The translations under genes and the position numbers were made by a program. The notes below the pieces were generated by a model, which was not told where the DNA came from, did no database searches, and saw nothing but the letters and a program-made list of their open reading frames with translations. 64,000 nt of DNA from Negaprion brevirostris (taxonomy: Eukaryota), in NCBI GenBank assembly GCA_030324005.1, contig JARDVH010000169.1:10958997-11022996 (forward strand). Reading direction: 5' to 3'. Of the stretch, positions 12,765 through 25,185 are shown piece by piece (the first letter of the stretch is position 1; the number at the start of each line of letters is the position of its first letter).

Positions 12765-13035
12765 TAGAACATAGAATCCCTACAGTGCAGAAAGAGGCCC
12801 CTCGGCCCATCGAGTCTGCACTGAACACAATCCCACCCAGGCCCTACCCCCATATCCCTACATATTATTCCCACTAACCCAGGCACTAAGGGGCAATTTC
12901 TTAGCACGGCCAATCAACCTAATCCGCGCATCCTTGGACTGTGGGAGGAAACCGGAGCACCCGGAGGAAACCCACGCAGACACGAGGAGAATGTGCAAAC
13001 TCCACACAGACAGTGACCCAAGCCAGGATCAAATC
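12765..13035 (-). mobile_element. HE1-type SINE, near full length, young-looking (CpGs retained)
   Basis: Reverse complement has the V-domain TCTGCGTGGGTTTCCTCCGGGTGCTCCGGTTTCCTCCCACAGTCCAA and tail ...GCACTGTAGGGATTCTATG. Confidence 0.92.
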
Positions 13036-13719
13036 TGTGGCACGGGTAAAGACCATGTAGAACTTTTATCTATCATGTTATAAAAACATAGCATATGTGG
13101 CCTAGATGATTTGGAACACGTGCTTCACAGAAAGCAACTCAAACAGTGAGTAAGACTTGTACAGAAAGGGAGGGCTGCCTTGATGGCAAGAAGTTGTTTC
13201 AGCTACAAGTGCAATGTAGAAATTGGTAGTCAGTATTTCAGAACTGACCTCAATAACAAGCATAGGTAGAGATCTACAAGTGTCAATTTCAAGATGCTGT
13301 ACACCAAGGTGACAATGCTGGCAACAGTCACTGAATATGAAATTTCTTGAACAAGTCTCAATATTGAGAAAGCTGAACCAGTTGCAACTTTACCGTGCCT
13401 AACGAAAACTCAGACAAATCAACATGTCCATCAAACCTTTTTATAAGATGTTTAAGATCCATTATAATCCTCTGATAGGGACTAAATCTCAATGTACAGA
13501 TACAGAGAATAAAGGATCAACAGCCTGAACTAAAATAGATGAAAGGCAGAAAATAAGAACTAGAAATATCATATACATGAAAACCTGTATTAGAAATCCA
13601 ATAGAAAAGTGGATTAAATAAAAAAATTGATGCAAATTAAATTTAAACATTGCAGCAGTAAGGGCATAGAAATTTCATTCCAGATCACGTCCTGGTCATT
13701 ATTCATCCCCTAATCGACA

Positions 13720-13897
13720 ACACTGAAAACAAATTAACTGGTGTTTATCACATTATTCTTTGGGGAAGTTTGCTGTGTGCTACTTAGTGCCCCATTTCCT
13801 ATGGTACAATGACAATATTTTAAAAGGTACATCCTTGCCTGAAGAGTGTTTTGGAATGTCCTGAAATGTGAAAGTTGCTTTTAAATGCAAGTCTTTC
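13720..13897 (+). mobile_element. Old Deu-domain SINE (SacSINE1-like) 3' part
   Basis: TTATCACATT...TGGG...TTGCTGTGTGC...TTTCCTA...GTCCTGA...GTGAAAG..GCT.TT.AAATGCAAGTCTTTC tail. Confidence 0.6.
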
Positions 13898-14129
13898 ATT
13901 TTTTCTTTACTGTTTGATTGTTTGGTTATTCCTCCAATTTGCAAATTAGTGGTTTATTACCAAGGAAAGCAGATATACAATACAACTGAAGCAGCTATGA
14001 ACATTTATGCAACAATGTTACACTAAATTATGAATTCAAAGTGTCAAGATTGTGGTTCCATATGTAAAAATGTAGACAGATTCTTCAAATTGTGTAATCA
14101 TGTCCTAATCTCAAACTGTGGCCTCAATG

Positions 14130-14700
14130 CATTAATCCTGCCCTGGTCTCTTTGCAGTTATTGAAATGGTTGACCATACCATCCTCCCCTGACGACCAGC
14201 TGAACGGGATCACCTTCACTGGTTCCACCCTTAATCCACGTAGCATAGCAGGTTCTTGAATACTGATTCTGTTCCCACCACCAACAAAGACCCATCCATG
14301 ATCCTTTTCTCCTTTTTCTGTAGCAAGGTCATTCACAAATGTGGACAGCTTTCAAATGTACATGGACGACACCTATTGCTACCCTCTGCATGCTGACATC
14401 GCTTGCCAGAATTTCCCTGCTATAGATTGGGAAGGTCAAAGGCATCGTCTTCCGATATATACGTGGTCTTTACCCGTGCCACTGATTTGATCCCGAGTAA
14501 CTAACTTAGACAGAATCAGATTGATTCCAAGCTCCAACATCCTAACTCAATTCCAACTCAATATTCTCTCCATGACAAAGGGAGGCTTTCACTTCAACCC
14601 ATTTGCCCAACCTTATTGATTTTTGGCCAGCCATTCAAACTTCAACTTTGCATCGTTGTGTTTAAACCATCCCTGATCGTCGCTCTAGACCTGTAACCTC
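14130..14700 (+). mobile_element. Decayed L2-clade LINE RT fragment
   Basis: AGCTTTCAAATGTACATGGACGACACC reads SFQMYMDDT (decayed H-x-YADDT motif), followed by ...GGGAAGGTCAAAGGCATCGTCTTC (KTE-like). Confidence 0.6.
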
Positions 14701-15384
14701 CTCAGCAGCACCATGATTTGCATAAAATAGCCTGTTGATGTTTAATTCTGAAAGCAACTGCTACTGTTACACCTGATCACATTTTTAAATAGATATATGA
14801 AAACCTTCCATTGTCAAAAAGTACTGCTGGAGCTAGGCAAGAGTAGCCTCAGCTTGATATAACAACCCAGTAGCTATTTATGTATTTCTTTTCAAAATGG
14901 CAGTTCAGCATTGTAAAGGTTTTTTTTGCACAAATACTTAGGGGCATTTGAACATGAAATTAAGCTACAGAAATGCAAGCATTTACTTTTAGCTGCATGT
15001 CTAACGAACACGAGAACTTTTTATAAAAAATAAACAACATAAAACATCTTTGATTATTTCATTAGTCAGTGAGCTTCACATGATTAGCCTTCTGTGTGCC
15101 TAAATGTGAGAGCAGGCATGGCAAAACAGATTAATTTTTACATTACATTTCCTAAGTTTCCCAAGATGCAAGATTACAAGGTTTTGTTCAGGTTTCAATT
15201 TTTGCACAAAATATAAGAACTGATCAGCATGCTTGACAGGCTATTTGATTCTTGGAAAGCATAATATGCCTTGGGTCTGAAGAAACTTCTTTATGTTGGT
15301 CAGTGGATTAAGACAGCATTTCCATAGGCAGGAACTTGTTATTAATTCTTGTAGATCTCCATGAAGATTAGCTACTTGTAATGT

Positions 15385-16790
15385 CCTGTAGGGATCAGTG
15401 TCAGGGCAGTTGCTTTGTTATCATAGAATCCCTACAGTGCAGAAGGAGGCCATCTGGCCCATCGAGTCTGCACTGACCACAATCCCATCCAAGCCTTATT
15501 CCCGTAAACCCACATATTTACCCTGCTCATCTCCTGAACACTAGGGTCAATTTAGCGTGGCCAATCAACCAAACCCACATATCTCTGGACTGTGGGAAGA
15601 AGCCTGAGCACCTGGAGGAAACACATGCAGACATGGGGAGAATGTGCAAGACAATAACTGAGGCCGCGATTGAACCCAGGTCTCTGGCACTGTGAGGCAG
15701 CAGTGCTAACCACTGTGCCGCTTTCTTCAGTAATGGGCTGAAGGTAAGCATTGGGGCAATGGTCCACAAATTTGAGGACAATATATAGATTTTTCCATGT
15801 GTGAGGATTGTGGACACAAATATACAGCTACAAATGGATCTTGATGAGATGACCAATGGACATTGTGTGAATGGTATTTAACTTGGTTAAATATAGCGTC
15901 ACACATGTGAGTAGAACCAACACCAAAAATACATATAACATTCAGAGTTCAGCACTGAAGTCTGTTATGAAAGATAGATCCATGGTACGGTATATAATTC
16001 TTTCAAGGTTCACGATGCTGTGGTGTTAGCTAAAGCAAATAGTGTAATAGGTTGCTTGGTCAGGACAATTTTATACACAAAATAACGCACCAATTTGTCC
16101 TCTACAGGGTTTTGGGTAGCCAGGTCTTAGATTGTGTCCACTTCTGGCTCCTTCTCATGATGGGTGTAACAGATACATTGGAAAAGGATCAAAGAGGGGT
16201 CATAAGAATGATGCCCATTTTCAAACTTCCTTACCGAGGCAAGAGATGTATTGGCGCATTGGTGACCTGTTCAAGGTATTTAAGTAAGAGAAACAAGACA
16301 GTCTTCAGTGACAGATCATTTCAACTGAATAGGTTGGGGCGGTTCAGGGTCATGCCTGTGTGATACAAGGGTAGAACTGAGTTAGGTATACATGAAAGTT
16401 ATTTTTCCCCCATGGGCTAGTTAAGAAACTAAATTGCTGGCAGTTGCTAGACATTTTCAAAAGAGGGCTGAAGCTGTTTCTGGTTGCGACAGACATCACA
16501 GAACACAAATGCCAGGTGGAATCCCAGGTGTTATGAATCAGGGCAAATATTGTCTCAGGCATTGGCCTTGATCATTAAGTTGGTCAAAAGACTAAATTTT
16601 TCCTCCTAAATTGATCTTACTTTTTAAAGTCTGCTTTTTGTCTCTCCAGCTGATTAATTTGTTGCTGGTGTCAAGGTAGGGGTGTTGTTGTTGTTCAATA
16701 CGATGCTCAAGGAGGGACCATAACTGTTTGAGCAAGGCTGGGTGGACCAATTGGTCTTTACCTGTCCATCATTTTGTATGTTCACACAAA
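15385..16790 (+). mobile_element. Old CR1 LINE 3' portion, interrupted by the HE1 SINE at 15421-15721
   Basis: QGSV.G (AGGGATCAGTGTCAGGG), KFED, W.MVFN..KY, AK.N...GC, LDCVHFW, LEK.QR...RM motifs in order, then a CR1-type tail near 16730-16780. Confidence 0.7.
15421..15721 (-). mobile_element. HE1-type SINE, full length
   Basis: Reverse complement starts GCGGCACAGTGGTTAGCACTGCTGCCTCACAG, has B box GGGTTCAATCGC and V-domain, ends CTGCACTGTAGGGATTCTATGA. Confidence 0.93.
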
Positions 16791-16896
16791 ACTATCAAGA
16801 TATATGGCTCTGTTCCTTATTTAGTTGTCATCATTGACTGCAAATGTAACTCACTTGTATTTCCCAATGTTTGATTTTGATTTACAGCAAAATTCA

Positions 16897-17133
<237 letters not shown>

Positions 17134-19419
17134 TCACACTTTAGATAGAAAACAGTCTTTCAAAACACATTATCCTTTTTACAGAACATGCAATATTCAG
17201 TTACTTCAGCAGAATTTTTTTTTAACTGATGTGTAACAATATAAAGTTGTTTACTGATTTACAGTGATTAGTTCTGCCAAAAGATGTTAAGTAACAGCTT
17301 TTACAGGATACTCAGTGGTGCACTGGTTGAAAAGGCAAGAGATTCCTCAGGATTCCCACTGAAAAGGATGGGGGAGGTGGAATGCACTATTAATAAAGCA
17401 CTATCGAAAAACTCTCAGCAAACTCAAGAAATCTTCGAATTTGCACAAGGCCTGTCTGTGTCCAAGATAAAAGTTTTGTTATGTGTGTAGATGTACTGGT
17501 GAAAACTGGTTGGAATGTTTGGACTACTCTAATTTGGTCAACTTATAAGTTTGTATACTTTCAGTAAGTTGTGATTTACTGCCTCCTTCTCAGCGTATTA
17601 ACTCACCCTGCAAAATGGTACAAAGCTAGTGCTTTGTACAAGTACCCAGGCAATGAATGACAGCAAGTTATATTCACTATGGGGAGCAACAGTATTCCAT
17701 TCCATTACAAACCAACTGGTTCCTATTTATGTGAACTTTCTACCATGGTCACAGACAGTGATTAGGACCAGAATATTGACTGATATTTTCCCTTCTGAAT
17801 ACCAGGATAATAAAGCTAATAGTGTGCATCTGCTGCTGCTCTGGCTGAGGTGAACTACCTCAACTCAGACTAGAGATGAAATATGGAATATTTATAATTA
17901 GTATTACTTAGTGCACATCCAATGCTATGCTTAGTCACAGCCATCAAAGAAGCTTCAAACAATTTTCTTTTCATTCTGCAAATTATTTCAATAATTTCTC
18001 CAAATGTTCATTTTTCTCAGAAACCCCATTCATCTCAGTGGAAGTATTATGGATTAATTAAAAATTTCTTGAAAAGCATTTTGTCAGACATGAAGAATAT
18101 TGAAAACCTAATTTATACATAGAACTCAAGTTATATGTAATGTCACAAACATTTAGTAAAAATTTTCAATACTTAAGGAAAGATAACGTGCTGATTGCTT
18201 AAATACTTTTTGGTACAACCACACCAATTTACTAATATACCACACTTAATCAAGACAATGTGTACAGACCAGCAGCATTAGGTCAATGTTTTAGGCTATG
18301 TTTACAGCCAAAACTATTTCTACCACTATGAGAGAGAAAAATTCTACTGCACAAGGTTAGCAGCGACACTGTAATCCTTCACTTTGTGTGCTCTTCATTT
18401 TCACTTTCATTGTACTCTCAACAGCAAGTAAAGCTGGAGGATAGCAATTGGCAAATATGTTCTTAGAGATAGCTAAAATAAGAATCACCTATTCTGCCAG
18501 CTGCATCCCTCCCTAGTTCCAAACAATAAATCATTACCACTCCAAGTTATTTTTAGACTCCTTGTTCCTAATGAGTAGGACATGTGGCTTTTCCAATCAA
18601 ATTTTCTTTTAAACATTTGCATTCAAAATTTTTTCCCATGATTGAAAACCATGGATTATGCAAATATTTCTTTTTGTACTGTGTACGTAAACCAGCATTT
18701 AGATGAGTTCCATCATGAAACAAACGCCAGTTAACCCCCAAAATTATTGGGTAATTTTATGGGTACATTAGTGGATAGGTAGAGATGGAAAAAGACGGAT
18801 ACAAGGAGAAAAGTGTACGCATAGGGTTAGTTGCTGACTTACTGTGACCAACGGCTCAAATCTAAAATGTGACAACAACTGTTATAATTAGCTTCCAGGT
18901 TCCCAGGCTTTGTGGAGCACATAGATCCAGTCTTGATTTTAACTCCTGCTATCTGACAGAAGTCAGACATTTGAACAGAAGGCAATTAGAACCTCACCAA
19001 TCTCACTGCTACCTTGCCACACCCTAATGTTAACTTGCAGTGGCCCTTCAACACCCATCTCCAGTATGTTGAAGGTTTGATATGAATAGTGATCTTCACT
19101 CCAGCAGGCCTGGCCTGCGGGGGGGCGTTAGAATATGGACCAAGACATCCAGGCAGATGTTTTATACTTCAATCTAGAAAGCTCTGGGCTTTGCATTAAA
19201 GGGTTTCCCTTGCCCTGCCATGCACACACCAATCATCTCCAAAATTGTCCCTGTTCGACTGAGGGTGGGGACTATTCCCATCCGCTGATCAGGAAGTGGA
19301 AGGGGAGGTTTCTGGCTGGGTTAGTGTAGGACTCTGGGAATTAGATAAATATTTGAATATTTGAATCACAGCCACATCAGAGCAAAGACAATGTGGTACA
19401 ATGAACTAAAGAGAATTTG

Positions 19420-19990
19420 GCCACATGTATAGATCGTTGGTGGGCAGAAAGCAAAGGGAAATTTCTTGGACTGGAAATGTGTTACGTCTGTTGTTTTGTG
19501 GTGTGTTGGGGCTGTTGTTATTTCTACATACTTAATGAAATAAGATAAGATTAATGGAATATCAAAATTTGATGATCATACCAAATTAGGGGAAAAGTAA
19601 ATTGTGATGGGGAGAATGAAATATTGCATGGAAAGAAAGTTTAATGTACAAAAAAATTGTGTGTTTTGGAAGGAAAAACAAGGATGCACCTTAAATGGTA
19701 AGATCTGAAATGTACTCAAGGAGAAGGGCTTTAATGCGTGGACATGACAAACTAAAAGTTGCACATATAGATGAGGCCATTAAAAAGGGTACTGGAATCC
19801 ATAGTATTGAGTCTGAAGCATGCTACAGCAAAATCCCACCTTAAGTACCTATTTTAGGAAGGATAGAAAAACAACATAGATTAGCAGGGATGTTATCAGA
19901 AAGTGAGAGATCTGAAGGAAGACTTCAGGATGTTGGCTCTTTTGCACTGGAGTACAAAGGGCTGAGGTATGACTTGATAAATCAAGAGTT
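19420..19990 (+). mobile_element. Highly decayed CR1 RT fragment
   Basis: ATCAAAATTTGATGATCATACCAAATTAGGGG (SKF.DDTKLG-like) and downstream CR1-like words. Confidence 0.55.
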
Positions 19991-20086
19991 TTGTAAAATC
20001 CATCAATAATGTGGTATAGAGGAGGCCACTGGGCCAATTTAGTTGAAGAGCTGTACTACTGCCTAGCTTGCATTTGCTTTATTTCA

Positions 20087-20317
<231 letters not shown>

Positions 20318-20409
20318 TTAAAAAAAGGGAACATTGTCTAAATTGTAATTGGAAATTTAAAATAAAAAAGCTAATTCAAGACATTCTGTAACCACGCTAT
20401 CATTCCCAA

Positions 20410-21435
20410 AGCTCTTCCGTTGTCCCGCTCAGTTGCTTCCTCCACTCTTATCCTACTGTAGTCAAAGTATTAACAGTTTCTCCTCCCAGTCCTGCACCAC
20501 TGCCTTCAAAGTCCTCCAAGATTCTATCTTTTGCCCACCCCTCACCTGCATGCTATCTTTTCATCCAAAGATATGAGGTCAGCTTTCACACAAATGCTGT
20601 GGACTCTCAGCTCTGTCTTATCTGCCATCTGCTCCATTGTTGCTGTCTGACTACTTGACTGAGATTCTGACTTGGTTTCCTTCAGTTCAAAGGTGGGAAG
20701 AGAAGGTCATCATTTTCAAATCTACCTCACATTCTATACCATTGCCGCCCCTTTCAATCACGGTCATCTCAATTCAAACAAGGCTGCTTAAAACCTCTAG
20801 GTCCTATTCAATACTAGGGTGAGTTTCCAATTATTAAAGAATCCTGGAACTTGGCCATGGGTTTGGCGAATAATCACCAAGGACCTGCCAAGGAATTGCA
20901 TAATTTGTTACATTCTCAGCTTGTGTTGCTGAAACCTTCGTCCCTTCTTCTGTCACTTACTATTCTAATGCTGTCCTGGCCAGCTTACTATTTCAGTCCC
21001 TCCATAAACTTTACCTTATAGAAAATTCCGCTGCCCATATCCAATCACACCACACTGGTGCCTGGTCCAAAAACATCTCAGTTTTAATACACTCATACTC
21101 TTCTTTAAATACTGTCATGACATGCCACCTCACCATCTCCACAACATTCCTCAAATCCCCCCACCTCCACTCTTTTTTTCTAGACTTTAGCCACTTGTGA
21201 ATCAATTGGCGCTGTTTCTTCAGCTGTCTTGTTACATGCTCTGGAATTTCTTTGCCTTTCACCTTCCCATCCTCCTTTATAATACTTCTTGAATCCTAAC
21301 TCTTCAACTTTGCTTTTGACCGCCTTTCCCAAAAACCCTCCTTATTGGCTTGACATTCATTTTTGCCTTATGCTTCTGTGAAGTTCTTTGTGATCTTCTT
21401 TGTTAAAGGTCACATTAAAATGCACGTAGCAGTTG
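20410..21435 (+). mobile_element. Decayed L2-clade LINE 3' portion
   Basis: GTCAGCTTTCACACAAATGCTGTGGACTCTCAGCTC (VSFH.YADD.QL-like), later Q.NSAA, pyrimidine-rich 3' end and TGTTAAAGG...TAAAATGCA tail. Confidence 0.6.
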
Positions 21436-23999
21436 ATTACAGCAAAAAGTACTGGCTGTCAAAAGAGTCAGGGTTATTAACTACCCTTTTTATAAGACCT
21501 GATCAATGCTAAAACTAACCAAATACAATAAAAAGCCAATAGATTCAAGTATCTCGGTAACTTTTACATTCCTCCAAAATCCTACTTTTCTTACCAAAGA
21601 CTATTAAATCATAAAACAGCATGAAATCATTTTATATCTTGAACCATGAACAACCCAACTATTTTCCATGCCCCACTTGGAGTTCCGGACCTTTGTGCTT
21701 ATTTGAGATGAGAATAGCCAATTATTAAAATCTTCCTGATAAACTAAAGTTGGATATTCAAACAGAGCCAGTGGTCTGAATTCATTTTGACAGTCTTTCC
21801 AAAGATACTTAAGTACCTTGCAAAGCAAATGCAGAGGTAGAAAACTCACTGACAACTCTGTAACTGTGACTCATCCCAAGGGGCAAAGTTCACTGCTGGT
21901 GTCCTTGCAATAAATGGTTGCACACTGACTCAAGAGTGTACAGATTGCTGGCCTTCAGTCTTTGCCAAGCAGGTATTCCTAGACTTGCAGATACAGTTCA
22001 TGGCTCTGACAGATCCTGACAGTACAATTTTGTAATAATTGATCACCCTAACATCTTTTATTCTGTACCATATCAGTCACAAATCAGTCTCTCTTTAGGA
22101 ACAAATCCCATCATTAATTTTAACTTGATTTGCCATCCAACATGGAGCACTGTAGTTTGTTGTTGGATAGCTTGCAGTGAAAGTTGGTACCGTGAGCGCC
22201 ATCTTTCATAGGCCCTTTCCATAATGACTTTTTTGATCTTCCATACTCTTGTAAATGCTTCAATTATTTTTGTTTCTACATAAGTATTCACTTTATGTTC
22301 TAATGCCAAAAATGCAAATGATCACAAAAGCAATGAAAGACAACGAAAAATAATCAGTCATAAAAATCTTTATTCGTCTACAAACTCCTTTTTGTTTTCA
22401 ATGCTTCACCCAGAGGCTTCTGAGCATATCATATAAAGCTTTTACACTACAAATCTTCCCAGCCCTTGTACACGCATTCCACACCAGCAGGACTGTGACA
22501 ATATTGTTGAATATTGTTGAAAAGGCAACATTTGTTTGCAAGCAACTTGCCAAATATTCAGAGTTATGAAATCATTTGGCTCTACTTAATACTTTCACGT
22601 TCTGATGCCAAACAAAGAATAAAGAACAAAAAAAAGTTCTTAAAAACACTATAGGAAAAAAGAGATTAAAAAAAACTACAGGCTAAAATGCCTCTATCCC
22701 TTTAAGAATCATTTTGTTTATGGGGCATTTTGCCCAATTGACAGATGGAAAATTACATCTGGGTCCATTAACATCCATTATTATAGTAAAATGAAGCTTT
22801 TCTATTTGGAGATTTCCCAGCTGCTGCAGACACATTGTAGAGGTAATAAACTGTAAATATGACAGGACAGAAGGAAGTCATAAAAGTGGGTTCTCAAATT
22901 TAACACTACTTTTTTTGAAAACCTGACATTGGAGTGTATTCTAGTTGCTAAAGAAGAGTCTAGGGTCCAGGAATTCAGCCATGATGCAGAACGTTAACAG
23001 CCCACATGCAGATGGGAGTTCTGAACAGCTCAACACAACGCAGGTGGTGCTATGATAAGAGCCTACAAAGGTTAGTGCTTCAATTACCAGTTAAGAGATT
23101 GGATTGGATTGTCGGATTCTGGAGGAAGAAAAGAAGGGCCTCAGAGACCATAATTGGGGTTTGGTAGAGGATTGTACACAAAGATCACAGGCTTCTGGGG
23201 TAATTGGAGAAGTGGGGTAAAGCGTGAAGGGGCTAGGAGGTTGAGTGCAGCAGCGAACGTGCTAAATACTGGTGTTGTCCACTCAAGGCAAATCAAATTT
23301 GCAGTCGGGGCCAGAAGCAAGCATTAGAATCCTTATTTGCACTTTAAAATTGACTGACAGCTGCTTCAGATGTGAGCAGAGAAACATTCCTGGTTTGTCC
23401 ATTACCAAGATGGCACCCAGCACAACTTGTGACAGAAGCATGCTTGCACACTGGACAGCGTTTTGGATCTTAAACAACACATACAGTGCCCAAACAACTC
23501 ATCCCAATTTTGCATCCAAGGACTAACATTTTTACTTATAGTGAGAAGGACAAGATACAGTGGTAATTTCTCTTTTACATTATAAATTGAAATAAGGCTT
23601 CAATTAAACAATTATAAAAGTCTTGAACATTTCAATTTAAAAAAACATTGAAGAATTTGGTGGAATACCATAACGTTCCATTTGTCTTTTACTTCAGGAT
23701 GCCCAGAACGCTAACAGATGAAAACCTCAAACAATCACAAATTAGTCTGAAAGATATTCTCTAAAGCAACAGATTCAATAACATCAGGCACAATTGGTCA
23801 CTTGGTGTAATATGAAATGCAAGCATTTTTGTATAAATGAGCTTCTTTTCCCAATTCTGGTGCTTCTTGCCCTCATTACCTATTCTCTAATAATTTTCTT
23901 TACTTCACTGCCCTCCCGAAGGCCTTGATTTTGAAGGAGTTATTTGTTAGATAAACATATGAGGCAATTTATATACCGGATTCCATAAATGACAATTTT

Positions 24000-24192
24000 A
24001 TTTGTTTTGGTGGTGATTGTTAAGGGGGAAATGATGGCCAAGGCTAGAGTTCCCAACACTTCTTGAATGAATAAGTTCTTTAAAATTCACTTTTAAGTCC
24101 AAGAACAGGTCAGATCCTGATTTAATGTGATGGCTGAGAAGGCCCTCAGTATTGCACTGAAGTGTCAGCCGAAAGTTTGTGCTCAAGTCTTA
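24000..24192 (-). mobile_element. Old Deu-domain SINE fragment
   Basis: Reverse complement AGACTTGAGCACAAA...GGCTGACACTTCAGTGCAATACTGAGGG... is a SacSINE1-like head/body. Confidence 0.6.
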
Positions 24193-24489
24193 AAATAAAG
24201 TTTGAAGCCAGAACCTACTAACTAAACCAAGTTGATCCTGATTTTGAAAATTAGGAATCAATATTTTTTGCCAATTTCTTCACAGGACAATGGGTTACTA
24301 AGACAAAGGGAATGCAAAATACTAATTAGGCCAACCATATTGTTGGAAAAAATGACATGTCTGCAACACAGGCACGTCCATCTGATGGACTGTCAAGAAC
24401 TAGGAGGTGGCTCTATGTAAAAAGTGAGTTGGCATTTCTTAACCACGAACATGACTGAAATTTGACAACAAAAACTTGATTTTTAATTT

Positions 24490-24850
24490 ATCCTTTCACA
24501 AGATGTAGGTGGAGCTGGCTGGGTCAGCATGTATTTCCCATCTCCTAACTGCCTTTGAGAATGTGGTGGTAGTCACTGTCTTGAACTGCTGAATTCCATT
24601 TGCGGTAGGTATACCAGAAGAACTGTCAGGAAGGGAGTTCCAGGATTTTGACCCAGTGATAGTAAACGAAGGGTGATACAGTTCCAAGTCAGGATGGGCC
24701 GCCATGTGTGGCTTGGAGGAGAACTTCCAGGTGGGGGCGTTCCCATGCATCTGCTGCCCTTGTCCTTCTATGTGGTAGAGGTCAAGGGTTCAGAAGGCAC
24801 TGTCCAAGGAGCCTTGGTGAGTTTCTGCAGTGCATTTTGTAAATTTTACA
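24490..24850 (-). mobile_element. LINE 3' end (same family as 50570-55705)
   Basis: Minus-strand translation ...PSFTITGSKSWNSLP...GIQQFK; aligns by eye with 50570-50905. Confidence 0.8.
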
Positions 24851-24979
24851 CACTGACGTCACTGAGATTCTCTGTTGTTAGAAATGGTCATTGCCTGGCA
24901 ACTGAAACATGCCAAAGCATTACAGGTTTTTGGAAAAACAAATACAAAGGAGATTTTTTTAAACGTGGGAACATCTATA

Positions 24980-25185
24980 AGCCACATTTCATCCCGACTT
25001 GGAACTAGAGTGCTGTTCGTTCATTGCTATTGAATTAATGTTTTGGAATTCTTCCTAATATCATCTCGAGTGTACCTGCACCAGTTCAAGAGAGTAGCTC
25101 ACCACCACCTTCTAAAGGGCATTGTGGAATGAACAACAAATGCAGTCCTTCCCTGCAGTACCCACGTGTCATGAAAGAATAAGAA
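24980..25185 (+). mobile_element. LINE 3' end, same family, opposite orientation to the adjacent copy
   Basis: CATCCCGACTTGGAACTA...TGGAATTC...CAGTTCAAGAG..TAGCTCACCACCACCTTCT.AAGGGCA. Confidence 0.7.

Noticed and set aside
19111-19130. CTCF-like TGGCCTGCGGGGGGGCGTTA
   Set aside because: Spacing is off by one base and the core AG is missing.
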